A stretch of DNA of 47,935 bases from a virus. Under the pieces are notes generated by a model that searched no databases, was not told the origin of the DNA, and was given only the letters and a program-made list of their open reading frames with translations. Of this stretch, positions 19,997 to 28,847 are shown piece by piece. The stretch lies in UHGV virus genome UHGV-0184477. One strand, given 5' to 3'. A program made the translations under genes and the position numbers. How positions within the stretch are numbered: the first letter of the stretch is position 1; each line of letters opens with the position of its first letter.

Positions 19997-20244
19997 TTTC
20001 CTTCCTTGGCAATTCTGATTGCCACATCAATGCCTGATGTTTTGACAGGCCCGAAACATTTGCATGGCGGAGCAAAAGTTGTAAGTGTTGACGGATAAAA
20101 GCTCACACGTCGCACACCACCAAGGATAGTTATGTGCCTTGTGCCAGAATCAGTGTCACTGTTGTTTTCGTGTTCAAAAACTGAAAGCCCACTATCGACT
20201 ATTCTTTTAATTGCTTCTTCTACCTTCATTTTATCTTTTTTCAT
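19993..20244 (-). CDS. Hypothetical protein (83 aa)
   Basis: Start refined to MKKDK at 20244, which has a GAGGTG Shine-Dalgarno sequence 6 nt upstream. ATGA-type overlap with the exonuclease start. Confidence 0.4.
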   Translation of the reverse strand: MKKDKMKVEEAIKRIVDSGLSVFEHENNSDTDSGTRHITILGGVRRVSFYPSTLTTFAPPCKCFGPVKTSGIDVAIRIAKEGK

Positions 20245-20296
20245 TTCCATCACCTCACTTGTTATTGTCAAATGAATCTACATCAATCTACGTCTA
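20245..20296 (-). promoter_or_regulatory. Tandem GTAGATT motifs (TAGACGTAGATTGATGTAGATTC) between the VRR-NUC and downstream genes
   Basis: Two motif copies (plus 20274-20285 and 20284-20295) in a 38-nt intergenic gap. Possible internal promoter or operator. Confidence 0.35.
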
Positions 20297-20708
20297 AAGG
20301 CAAGCCAAAGTAGAAAAGAGTAGCTCTTTTTATCTCATCAAGACCATAAGCAATAGCGCCAAAATGCCCCTCTGCAATGGCGCACTCCAGAACCTCAATC
20401 TGCGATGGCGATACTTTTGATTTTGTCTTATCACGCCTCTTCAGCTCAATCAGGCCGCATTTATGATTAATGCCGTGAGTCAGTATCACATTGTCGCTTA
20501 CACCGATCCTGACGCCCATTTTGCGGCGTTTTTCGACGAATTGAGGGCCACTCTTTGTTCCTGTCTCGTTAGGAACATGAAACCACAGGGCATCAGGAAA
20601 ACGGTATTGCATCCACAGACCATAGGCCATCTGGTCAGTGCCTTCCAGCGGACATTCCCCGCGATAACCGCTATCAAATACCCATATTCCACTATCAAGC
20701 TGCTTCAA
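20283..20708 (-). CDS. VRR-NUC domain nuclease (141 aa)
   Basis: Conserved D...E.K core (GVSDNVILTHG...GLIELKRRDK) typical of VRR-NUC. Confidence 0.65.
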   Translation of the reverse strand: MKQLDSGIWVFDSGYRGECPLEGTDQMAYGLWMQYRFPDALWFHVPNETGTKSGPQFVEKRRKMGVRIGVSDNVILTHGINHKCGLIELKRRDKTKSKVSPSQIEVLECAIAEGHFGAIAYGLDEIKRATLFYFGLPLDVD

Positions 20709-22620
20709 TTTGTTCTCCTATGAAATCCTTGCGGTGGATGATATCGCGGCCTTTATCGTTAAAACGATGCGTGATGCGTTTAGGTGCGCGGATTAAACCG
20801 GCGTAATGCATGAAAGTCTTAGCATCATGGCAGTCCATCATTTTCTTCATCATTGATTTATCTTCCAGGTGAGGAAGAAGAGCCTTCATTTTAAACATGT
20901 CACGCAGGTGCTTTGGCTTGCCTCCAAACGGATAAAACACCTCATTTGCCCAACCGATTTTGCCATCAGCTTTTACCACTAGGTAACGATAAAGAACCCC
21001 CTCAGCGTCTTTGGTCAACTCGACTTTAAAATCTTGCACATCTGTCCATTCCTTATCGGTATAAGCGCGCTCATTAAGCGCCGCGTTAGGGTCGCGCAAA
21101 ACGTGATCGCATTGACGGCAATAACGAGCTGTTGGGTCGTTTTTCGTTCCGCAACCATCATCAAAAATACGGATGCCATGTTTATCAAAACCACACCGGA
21201 TGTAGCTGAAAAACTCTTCGCACCTGCCATCTGGAGATAATGCATCTTTACCAATGCAGCGTCGCGCATATGGGCTGTTCATGGTGGCGCATTTCGGGCA
21301 TGGAACTTGTTCACCACTGCGCTTTGAACGCTGCGCTTCAGCTTCTTCCAGGATCGGGTCTTCGTATAGCTGACCAAGCTCAAACATCGTTCCTGAGAAA
21401 TCAAGAACCAGATGGTCTTCTTTATGATACCCGGCATCAATTTGCTCTTTCTTCAGCAAGCGCATCCCGCGACCAAGCAACTGAACAAGAAGGGTGAGTG
21501 ACATTATTTTTCGTAATATGCAGCTCGTATCCCATAACGGTATATTTACGCCAGTGGTAAGGGCGGCTATCTGGAATGTGAATTTTTTGCGCCCGGTGTA
21601 TGCATCTTTTAGAGCCTTCCTTCTGGCTTTTGACCCCATATCTTCTGTAACTATTGAATAACTTCCTTCAGGCAAATATTTTGCCGCCTCCTGACAATGC
21701 TTCTTACCAGCACATGTAATTAGCACTCCGTTCCTGTTTTTAGTCAATTCCATAACCTTGAGCATGATTTTCTGCGTCAACGTACCTTGCTCAAGAATTT
21801 CTTTCTGCATCTGCTTGAGCTGCTCGGCGGTAAAGTCCTGAGTACCATCAACATCTGAACCATGAAAATCTGAAAGGTCATAATGCAGACTATCAACATC
21901 ATGAAGACCAAAAATTGTTGGCACAAGAAAACCGTTTTCAACCATGTACTTGGTGTCTATGTTGATAATCTCTTTCTTCCAGAAAGCGCCTTTTATTGAT
22001 GTAGTTCCGCGAAACGGCGAGCCTGTATAACCTATTATTCTCAACTCATGGCCGTGCTTATCTTTGCACCTTTTCATTAGCTCATTAATTATCACTGCAT
22101 ACTGCGTATCACCATCATTAACAACATCAATGTCATTAACCATATGATTTTCATCGATCAGCAGGAATCTTGGGTAAAAGTCAGAAAGCGCACCTTTTGC
22201 AATAACATTCCCTGACTCATCCTTTTTATCAAACAAAGCATTTACAACAGTACCCTCAGAACCACAGATTATTGGGTACGTAGAACTTTTCCTACCCAAC
22301 GAAGCACTGAATAGCGAGTTTCTAACACCAAGCGACCATAGCTCTTCCGCATCTTGCTCCACTATTTCGCCCTGTCTTGACAGAATCATCCCTGAATAGC
22401 CCATTTCCTGAAAACGCTTTGCTATCATGGCAATCATCAGTGACTTTCCGCTACCGACGCTTGCTGTTACATAGCTTGGACCAACATAATGGCGGATCAC
22501 ATCACCAGTTAACTTATATATCAACCACTGATATGGTCTTGGCTCGATATCACCAGTATCCAAGCAGGATTTCAGCAAGTTAATGTCAATCTCTGAAATC
22601 ATTTTGTCTATCTTATGCAT
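20695..22620 (-). CDS. SF2 DExH-box helicase with C-terminal Cys-rich zinc-finger region (641 aa)
   Basis: Walker A SVGSGKS, motif II DENH, motif VI QLLGRGMR. The C-terminus has several CxxC pairs. Confidence 0.8.
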   Translation of the reverse strand: MHKIDKMISEIDINLLKSCLDTGDIEPRPYQWLIYKLTGDVIRHYVGPSYVTASVGSGKSLMIAMIAKRFQEMGYSGMILSRQGEIVEQDAEELWSLGVRNSLFSASLGRKSSTYPIICGSEGTVVNALFDKKDESGNVIAKGALSDFYPRFLLIDENHMVNDIDVVNDGDTQYAVIINELMKRCKDKHGHELRIIGYTGSPFRGTTSIKGAFWKKEIINIDTKYMVENGFLVPTIFGLHDVDSLHYDLSDFHGSDVDGTQDFTAEQLKQMQKEILEQGTLTQKIMLKVMELTKNRNGVLITCAGKKHCQEAAKYLPEGSYSIVTEDMGSKARRKALKDAYTGRKKFTFQIAALTTGVNIPLWDTSCILRKIMSLTLLVQLLGRGMRLLKKEQIDAGYHKEDHLVLDFSGTMFELGQLYEDPILEEAEAQRSKRSGEQVPCPKCATMNSPYARRCIGKDALSPDGRCEEFFSYIRCGFDKHGIRIFDDGCGTKNDPTARYCRQCDHVLRDPNAALNERAYTDKEWTDVQDFKVELTKDAEGVLYRYLVVKADGKIGWANEVFYPFGGKPKHLRDMFKMKALLPHLEDKSMMKKMMDCHDAKTFMHYAGLIRAPKRITHRFNDKGRDIIHRKDFIGEQIEAA

Positions 22621-22623
22621 AAC

Positions 22624-23271
22624 TCACCCTAAATTAATAAACTCTTTATGGTTAGCAACCATGAATTCACGAATCGCCTTTTCTGCTGATTCTATGGTGT
22701 CAAACAAACCAAGATGAACCCTCTTCTTGTTTATTGATGTCTGCGCTCTCCATTTGTTGCACCTTTTATCGAAATGCACACCTTTTACACCAGATTTATT
22801 TGTTGATTTCTTTTTCATGTTGAACATGTTTTGTTGGTGACTAGAAATCCTAAGGTTGCAAATTCTATTGTCTGATTTGTCACCATTTATATGGTCTATT
22901 TCATACCCATCTATATCTTCTCCATAAACATAAATCCATGCCAGCCTGTGAGCTTTCCTTAGTTTTCCCAGTAGCGTGATGGTAATGTACCCTGCCTTAT
23001 TCTTATGCCCAACAATCCTGCCTTTACGCCAGAGTGTTCCATGTGTTTTTGCAGCTGTAAAAACGCCAGTCTCAGGGTTATATTCAAGATATTCCATTAT
23101 CTGTTTTTGAGTTATGAATTGGGTTTTTCTTCTGTCTGTGCTTGCGCAATCTGCACTTTCCTGAGCAACATTTTGCTTTTGCAGTTCCGATAAACTCATT
23201 TCCGCAAACCTCGCACTTCTTAACGGTGATAGCCATTTCTTATCCTCTATTGTAACGATTAATTGTTTCAT
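22624..23271 (-). CDS. HNH endonuclease with AP2 DNA-binding domain
   Basis: GYEIDHINGDKSDNRICNLRISSHQQN (HNH) followed by SGVKGVHFDKRCNKWRAQ (AP2-like). Confidence 0.75.
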   Translation of the reverse strand: MKQLIVTIEDKKWLSPLRSARFAEMSLSELQKQNVAQESADCASTDRRKTQFITQKQIMEYLEYNPETGVFTAAKTHGTLWRKGRIVGHKNKAGYITITLLGKLRKAHRLAWIYVYGEDIDGYEIDHINGDKSDNRICNLRISSHQQNMFNMKKKSTNKSGVKGVHFDKRCNKWRAQTSINKKRVHLGLFDTIESAEKAIREFMVANHKEFINLG

Positions 23272-23302
23272 TGCAAGTAACGATTGATTGTTTCATGTGA
23301 GT

Positions 23303-23333
23303 AAATTACAATGAATCTACATCATAGTCAACT
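23303..23333. promoter_or_regulatory. Divergent promoter region with GTAGATT motif (TTGACT-ATGATGTAGATTC)
   Basis: Motif at 23314-23333 between the HNH-AP2 gene (leftward) and the primase gene (rightward). Confidence 0.4.
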
Positions 23334-23343
23334 GGAAGAAATT

Positions 23344-24222
23344 ATGCGATACGACTGGAAGGACATAGAGCCTTTAATGGTAGGGAACTGGCAGGCTGCC
23401 ATTATGTCCATCGTCAACGTGCCGCGCTCTGCATTTTCAGCAAAGCATGGCCCGTGCCCGAGCTGTGGCGGTTCAGACAGATATCGCTTTGATGATAATC
23501 TCGATTACAAAGGCGACGGCGGCGCGTACTGCAATCAGTGTGGTGCAGGTAGCGGCCTGACATGGCTAATGAAGCTATCCGGCATGACCTTCCCGGAATC
23601 ACTGGAGGCGCTCGCCCAGTTCCTGAACATGACGCCGCGTGAGAAGCTGGAGGCTATCAGGAAAGAGATGCCGAAGGTTAACCATGCATCTGATTATCTG
23701 ACGCCGCAGGAAGTGAAGGCAATCATGGACAAGGCCGCAAGAGATACCATCACCGGAAAAACAGGTGAACTTGTGGCTATAGAGTTGGTCATGGCTGACA
23801 CCATGACACCGTGCAATGTGGCATTTCTGGCGCATGATGAAACCGTATCATTCAGGGCTGGATTTAGCGTCGAGTATTCGAGAGGAAAACTGACACGTGG
23901 CGCAGTGACACCAATCGGAGAGAAAACGGAATACACTTATCTGGTGGCGAATTATATCGACTCCTGGCGTGCACATCATCTTACTGGTGCTCATGTATGG
24001 TGCTGCTGGTCGCCGGAAAACATGTGGGAAGTGGTTCGCGCCGTCAGCGATGAGCAGCGGGCAAAAATGCGTTGCATCATCAACGTAGATTTCGATGAGA
24101 TTTGCTCCGCCGAGAATGCTGAACTGCCGATTCTGATTCCTGATGATGGTGAGTTAATTCGCTACTGCAAGGCGATCAGGAAGCGCATCTATACACCTGA
24201 CGACCTACTACAAAGCGCATAA
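23344..24222 (+). CDS. Putative DNA primase (N-terminal primase-helicase-type Zn ribbon; ~292 aa)
   Basis: CPSCGGSDRYRFDD...YCNQCGAGSG zinc ribbon, like the Zn-binding domain of T7/P4-type primases. Possible Toprim-like DxD (INVDFDEI). Start refined to the ATG at 23344, which has a GGAAG Shine-Dalgarno sequence. Confidence 0.5.
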   Translation: MRYDWKDIEPLMVGNWQAAIMSIVNVPRSAFSAKHGPCPSCGGSDRYRFDDNLDYKGDGGAYCNQCGAGSGLTWLMKLSGMTFPESLEALAQFLNMTPREKLEAIRKEMPKVNHASDYLTPQEVKAIMDKAARDTITGKTGELVAIELVMADTMTPCNVAFLAHDETVSFRAGFSVEYSRGKLTRGAVTPIGEKTEYTYLVANYIDSWRAHHLTGAHVWCCWSPENMWEVVRAVSDEQRAKMRCIINVDFDEICSAENAELPILIPDDGELIRYCKAIRKRIYTPDDLLQSA

Positions 24223-24225
24223 AAG

Positions 24226-24249
24226 AAACCCTCCAGCCGGAGGGTTTTT
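24226..24249. terminator. Bidirectional rho-independent terminator
   Basis: AAACCCTCCAGCCGGAGGGTTTTTG. Confidence 0.8.
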
Positions 24250-24250
24250 G

Positions 24251-24442
24251 TTATCTAATCATTAACTTGCTGATATCAACCTTGCCATGAATATGGCGAT
24301 GCCAAAATGTATCAATTTCATCTCCATCACATCTCAACCATTTTTTATACAGAGAACTCCAGAAAAACCATACACTCCATCCATGCGGGCGAAAATGATA
24401 AAGGTTGCCGTATTTCACGACATCTCCTGATATGGTAATCAT
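24251..24442 (-). CDS. Hypothetical Trp-rich small protein (63 aa)
   Basis: Minus ORF with an ATGA overlap to the upstream 551-aa gene. Confidence 0.35.
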   Translation of the reverse strand: MITISGDVVKYGNLYHFRPHGWSVWFFWSSLYKKWLRCDGDEIDTFWHRHIHGKVDISKLMIR

Positions 24443-26094
24443 TTTATGTTCCTCATAAACTTCATGCGCTTAACAGCGGAAGAAATTATGTTTCTGACAG
24501 AAGCATTCATCCTTAGACCATTCCATGACCCTTCACCCCTGAAAACTATTCTTGATCCGCCACTTATAGCTGATGCCTCAATGTCGATTGGTGAGTGCCT
24601 GTTTTCAGTGATTGAAACCAGAATCTCAGATATAAACCTTTCTGGCGTTACCTGTAGATGGTTTGAGTTTGCAGCCTTGATGATTGTCTCAATGCGCCCA
24701 CGGCAAAGCGCGCTTTTGAGCACAGAGGTATATGGCTTGGAAATAAATTTCTTCCCTTCCATAATCTTCTTCATCTTGGCGATGATGTTTTCCCATTCAT
24801 CCTCTTCAAGCCCACTAAAGGCAACGTCTCCTTCAACATAATCACGAAGAGATCTGAGGTGGTTTATTACAGTCATATAAGCCCACTCAAGGTGCTCCTC
24901 TCTCAGTACGGGCGTCATGCCATTCCGGCTTGAAAGGTCAGTAAAAGCACATATTGACGCAAGGTCTACTATCATCTGCCCGGCGCGCGGAACCACATCT
25001 CCAATAACGCCTTCGACATTACCAAGGCACTTTTCTAGATGGCAAACCAGTTCATAACGCTTGTCGTTTACTTTTTCGCTCTCAAACTCAACCCGTGTTA
25101 TAGAGCGCAAAATTCTATGCTTCCATTCGTTGACTATCTTGCGATTTACAGAGCCAGTGGGTTGGTCTTTTTTCAGAACCGGCATATCCTCATCATCTCC
25201 ATGTCCGAGGATAAATAAAGTCCTTCCCATGCCACCATCCTTTTGCCATGATCTGACAGCATCAAGACCCTGAACAGGGGTAACAGTGATAAGAGGAATG
25301 AACCTGGCATTTTCAATGCCGCCGTCTCGCGTGCAAAGCTCATGCTCAGACATCACCTTTTTTAAATTTCGTCCTATGCTGTGATCCATTTGCGATAATT
25401 TTTTATAATCAATCATGCCATCCTGAGCGCCGCCAACGCGCGGAACTATCCATCCCTCAGCCATAGCAACGCTCACTATGGTTTTTGGGTTCATCGCTTT
25501 TGCGAGATTCTCCTCAATATCTCTTATTATTGTCCTGGTTGGCACCCATCCGCCTTCATCAGAGAGGCCGCGATACCATGGTGCAGTTCCTCCAAGATAA
25601 GCACTCCTTGGGTCATTCCATGCATCAATGTGCTGCTTATCATCGTTTACCACATAAAGCAAGGAGCCGTCTCCCTCAATCATGCTGGTCTGTATTTGCT
25701 TTAATGATGTCGCAGTAGTTGTGCAGAGACGATCGCTTATCATGAGCGCGTCAGCGTATTGCTTTATAAAATTAACAGGAGCCTGCTTTCCAGCACCTGA
25801 GCGCGCAACAAGGAATATGCCAGTTGAGCATTTACTTCCTGTCGGGCCAATAATAAATCTACCGGCCATTATCTGAGCCAGTCCTAGCGCTCCGACAAGA
25901 CGGTATCTTTCCCCTTCATGGCGACGCTCAAAGTTTTTTTCTATCTCATCAATAAATTCACCAAGCGCCCCGGGAGGATTCTTGTATTTTTCGTGAAACT
26001 CAGCGATATCAGCTTCATCCAGAGGGTCAGTTGATGAGTCAGACTTATTCATTAAGTTCTTCATTGCAATAATGTCGTATGTATTCATCAGCAA
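24439..26094 (-). CDS. Putative replication protein (P-loop-like ATPase; helicase/initiator candidate; 551 aa)
   Basis: GIFLVARSGAGKQAP Walker-A-like segment. Position adjacent to the origin and primase genes. I do not recognise the exact family. Confidence 0.45.
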   Translation of the reverse strand: MLMNTYDIIAMKNLMNKSDSSTDPLDEADIAEFHEKYKNPPGALGEFIDEIEKNFERRHEGERYRLVGALGLAQIMAGRFIIGPTGSKCSTGIFLVARSGAGKQAPVNFIKQYADALMISDRLCTTTATSLKQIQTSMIEGDGSLLYVVNDDKQHIDAWNDPRSAYLGGTAPWYRGLSDEGGWVPTRTIIRDIEENLAKAMNPKTIVSVAMAEGWIVPRVGGAQDGMIDYKKLSQMDHSIGRNLKKVMSEHELCTRDGGIENARFIPLITVTPVQGLDAVRSWQKDGGMGRTLFILGHGDDEDMPVLKKDQPTGSVNRKIVNEWKHRILRSITRVEFESEKVNDKRYELVCHLEKCLGNVEGVIGDVVPRAGQMIVDLASICAFTDLSSRNGMTPVLREEHLEWAYMTVINHLRSLRDYVEGDVAFSGLEEDEWENIIAKMKKIMEGKKFISKPYTSVLKSALCRGRIETIIKAANSNHLQVTPERFISEILVSITENRHSPIDIEASAISGGSRIVFRGEGSWNGLRMNASVRNIISSAVKRMKFMRNIK

Positions 26095-26366
26095 ACTTTC
26101 CAGATGTACAGGAATTTACCCATCGGGCTGTTTTTGGTCTTGATGTTCATGTTGTGAGCGATGGCAATCTTTGCCGCATATGACCGGAACATGTTTCTGT
26201 TCATCCGCAGCTCTGGAGGAATATCTGCTACTCCGCACTCCTCCTTGTAACCACTGATAACTGCATCAGACATGTCGTTGTCGAAATGCACAGAAATAAC
26301 CTCACCACTATTCATTCTGGAAAGGTGGTCATACACAAACTTCATTTTCGAGCCTTCTGCGTGCAT
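26088..26366 (-). CDS. Hypothetical protein (92 aa) translationally coupled to the replication gene
   Basis: Start refined to the ATG at 26366, which has a GAGGAGGA Shine-Dalgarno sequence. Its 3' end overlaps the 551-aa gene start. Confidence 0.4.
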   Translation of the reverse strand: MHAEGSKMKFVYDHLSRMNSGEVISVHFDNDMSDAVISGYKEECGVADIPPELRMNRNMFRSYAAKIAIAHNMNIKTKNSPMGKFLYIWKVC

Positions 26367-26480
26367 TTTTCTATCCTCCTCATTTATACAAATTGTACTG
26401 AACAATCTGCACTTTGGCAAACGCTTTAACTCCATAACATGCGATAAGCGCAGAATTTAACGGTTGTTCACTTTTTACCC

Positions 26481-26747
26481 AGTTCCCAAGAGTTCCCAGC
26501 CATTTAGGAACTCGAAGGCCGCTTGTATCAAGGCTTGCAGAGGAGTTCCCGAGTTCCCGGGGAATTCCTCTAGTAAAAAAGTAATATATACCTTTAATAG
26601 AAGTGTTTGTTTTTATTAATAAAATAGTGAAATGCTATTTTTTGAAAATTGATTTCTAGCAAAAAAGATGGGAACTCGGGAACTCGTTGATATTGAAAGA
26701 AAAAAAGCGTGAACTGTGCCGGGAACTCCTGGGAACTCGGGGAACAC
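26481..26747. repeat. Putative origin of replication: two inverted iteron arrays flanking an AT-rich unwinding element
   Basis: Left arm: four copies of (A)GAGTTCCC at 26481, 26491, 26543 and 26551. AT-rich ~100 bp at 26571-26668. Right arm: GGGAACTC at 26670, 26678, 26721 and 26731, plus degenerate copies at 26709 and 26739. An EcoRI-site palindrome GGGGAATTCCTC is at 26559-26570. Confidence 0.65.
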
Positions 26748-26786
26748 TGTATTAACGTACAGGCGAAGTTTATTTTCATCACCTTA

Positions 26787-26815
26787 TTGACGTAGATTGC
26801 TATGCATTGTATAGT
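26787..26815 (+). promoter_or_regulatory. Rightward early promoter TTGACG-17-TATAGT carrying the TAGATTG motif
   Basis: TTGACG at 26787-26792, a 17-nt spacer starting TAGATTG, then TATAGT at 26810-26815. The first early ORF starts ~30 nt downstream. Confidence 0.6.
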
Positions 26816-26845
26816 TACCTCACCAACAACAACGAGGTGATGAAG

Positions 26846-27046
26846 ATGGAACAAAAACCAGCAGGCCGTGTGGTGTACAAGCGCACTCAACTGGAACCAG
26901 AAATGGGCGCAGTGAAAGCGCAAAACTTTATGACGGCGCAGGCAATGCACGCATACAGCAACGGTAAGCGCGTCTGTCGCGTTTTTAGTGGCGAGGGCAA
27001 GCAGAGGGTGCTTGAGCAGGTAATCGTGTCATCTGGTGGAAACTAA
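26846..27046 (+). CDS. Hypothetical early protein (66 aa)
   Basis: GAGGTG Shine-Dalgarno sequence 6 nt upstream of the ATG at 26846. Confidence 0.4.
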   Translation: MEQKPAGRVVYKRTQLEPEMGAVKAQNFMTAQAMHAYSNGKRVCRVFSGEGKQRVLEQVIVSSGGN

Positions 27047-27061
27047 ACCGGTTTAGCAACG

Positions 27062-27340
27062 ATGAATAAATTACTGGCAGTGGTTCTACTGGTTATCGCT
27101 AACGCAGCAAGCGCCGAGACTATATGGGTCACGAAGTATGCGCTGACCCGTGGTATTCAGAAGTACGAAAGCGCACAGTTGTTTGCCGATGGGCAGGTGG
27201 CTGTGGTTGGCGATGTTTACTTTAAACGTGGCGAATACTGGCTTGATGAGCGACAGGCAAAAGAGCATGCAGAGACTTTGCGGCAACGCCGTGTATCTGC
27301 ACTGATGCGTGAGCTTGAGCGCTTACAGGCAGTTAAGTGA
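27062..27340 (+). CDS. Secreted small protein with cleavable signal peptide (92 aa)
   Basis: MNKLLAVVLLVIANAASA-ETIW is a typical Sec signal with an AxA cleavage site. Confidence 0.5.
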   Translation: MNKLLAVVLLVIANAASAETIWVTKYALTRGIQKYESAQLFADGQVAVVGDVYFKRGEYWLDERQAKEHAETLRQRRVSALMRELERLQAVK

Positions 27341-27346
27341 GGGTTT

Positions 27347-27784
27347 ATGGATATCGAAATTAACGAAGTTCAGGAAATTATTAAAAACCTTGAGAGTGGC
27401 GGTGAACTCTCAATTAAAGAGGAAAAATACCTCAAGGTTGCAAAGCTGTGCGTGCAGCTGGCTGCGGAGAATGTGGCGCTGAAATTGGCAATACCTGAGC
27501 CGAGAAATGTTGAATTCGATAACGACAGCATGGATGACGTATCGCTGGCTGAAGATGTTGGATTTAACGACGCAATTGGTCAGATGAAAATCAACATTAG
27601 TAAAACCCCCGCCACCGATCGCATCGTAGCCGGCTTTAAGGCTGATGGGGTGGAGGAGTTCGTTCGTCGCCTGCAGCAGTGTGTCGATGAGGGTGATTTT
27701 GTAGGCGATGAAGTTGCCGTAATTGTTGGCGCTATCGACTGTGGCAAGGAATTTTGCGAGCAGCTGCGCGAGGGGGCCAAATGA
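27347..27784 (+). CDS. Acidic hypothetical early protein (145 aa)
   Basis: High Asp/Glu content throughout. Early position. Confidence 0.45.
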   Translation: MDIEINEVQEIIKNLESGGELSIKEEKYLKVAKLCVQLAAENVALKLAIPEPRNVEFDNDSMDDVSLAEDVGFNDAIGQMKINISKTPATDRIVAGFKADGVEEFVRRLQQCVDEGDFVGDEVAVIVGAIDCGKEFCEQLREGAK

Positions 27785-28053
27785 GCATCATTCAATATGC
27801 CGTCAATGGCGCCGGGATTAAATTTGCCGATTATTTGGACCCGCGAGAGGTAGACGAATCGACAGACGACTGGGAATACGAGCAGATGGTGCAGGATGCG
27901 GCTGAAGACTACTGGGATAACCATGATGGATGGGAGGACCACTGGCCGTTGAATATCGAGCTGTTCGTCGATGGTAAAAGTGTTGGCCTGTTTGAAGTTG
28001 TGATGGAAATGGAGCCGATATTCTCAGCAAGTAAACAGGAGCGTGCCGCATGA
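27781..28053 (+). CDS. Very acidic hypothetical early protein (91 aa), DNA-mimic candidate
   Basis: ATGA overlap. About 27% D/E with aromatic residues (DDWEYEQMVQDAAEDYWDNHDGWEDHW). Confidence 0.45.
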   Translation: MSIIQYAVNGAGIKFADYLDPREVDESTDDWEYEQMVQDAAEDYWDNHDGWEDHWPLNIELFVDGKSVGLFEVVMEMEPIFSASKQERAA

Positions 28054-28358
28054 GCAACGTAACTAAACCAACCAGCAATGGTAAATTTGATGGGGCAGTT
28101 GATTACCTTTGTTCTGATGAGGCTCGCTTTCTGGTTATGCGGGGCGACTATAGCGAAGCAGATATTATCCAGGCGTCTGTTAATCAGGATGTGATTGATG
28201 CTGAAGGCGCAGAGGATTTTGCTTCCAGCGCTCGCTATTACCAGTGCTGGTACAAAGTAAGTCCAATTGGTGGGCAGGAAGGTTATTCATGCTGGCATCA
28301 TCCTCGTGATACGCCTTGTCGCGGTGCGTATTTCGCATCTGTTCTGCAGTGGGATTAA
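28050..28358 (+). CDS. Hypothetical protein (102 aa)
   Basis: ATGA overlap with the previous gene. Confidence 0.4.
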   Translation: MSNVTKPTSNGKFDGAVDYLCSDEARFLVMRGDYSEADIIQASVNQDVIDAEGAEDFASSARYYQCWYKVSPIGGQEGYSCWHHPRDTPCRGAYFASVLQWD

Positions 28359-28580
28359 GGAGCTTGCAGCATGACCAACATCACCGAACTGGCGCAGAGC
28401 CTGAAAGCGGCAGCAGAGGGCGTTATTAAAAATTACGATTGTGAATGGTTCTAGACAGGTCGTCAGATTTGCACCGTTCACAAGTCAAAGATAAATCTTA
28501 TTAGTCTTGCTAACCCTGTCAACGTTCTCGCGCTGGTAGAGGAGCTGGAGAAGGCGCAGACCAAAGCAGATGTATACGAC

Positions 28581-28847
28581 ATGCTTCGGGATGACTACGG
28601 TTTGCGCGAAAAAGGTGTTGGTCTTGCAGACTTCGTTGACTGGCAGGCTAAGCGCATCGCAGAGCTGGAGTCCCGCACCGTCACCGTGAATCTGGCATCC
28701 CGCCGATTACCATCTGATTACGTTGATGGTGAATTCGGCAATGATGATTTGGCAGCAATACATAATGCGTGTCGGCTGGAATGCAAGGTCATTGTTGAAA
28801 AGCATTTGTCAGCACATGGGATTGTAGTCAAGTGGGAGGCTGAGTGA
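28581..28847 (+). CDS. Hypothetical protein (88 aa)
   Basis: ORF with an ATGA overlap to the downstream HNH gene. Confidence 0.35.
   Translation: MLRDDYGLREKGVGLADFVDWQAKRIAELESRTVTVNLASRRLPSDYVDGEFGNDDLAAIHNACRLECKVIVEKHLSAHGIVVKWEAE

Noticed and set aside
26559-26570. GGGGAATTCCTC palindrome (EcoRI site) at the edge of the left iteron arm
   Set aside because: A single 6-8 bp palindrome is expected by chance in AT/GC-mixed sequence. It is noted only as a possible landmark inside the origin, not as a feature.
26481-26747. Short direct repeats considered as a possible CRISPR array
   Set aside because: The repeats are only 8 bp at 8-10 bp spacing, in inverted arrays around an AT-rich core, with no spacers of CRISPR length. 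They are iterons of a replication origin.
26594-26950. 118-aa minus-strand ORF from the six-frame track spanning the iteron/AT-rich region
   Set aside because: It is composed largely of the iteron repeats and the AT-rich DUE, and the translation is low-complexity. It overlaps the well-supported rightward promoter and first early gene. It is treated as a spurious ORF over the origin.
28370-28453. 27-aa ORF (MTNITELAQSLKAAAEGVIKNYDCEWF) in the early region
   Set aside because: It is very short and the RBS is ambiguous. It is kept out of the feature list.
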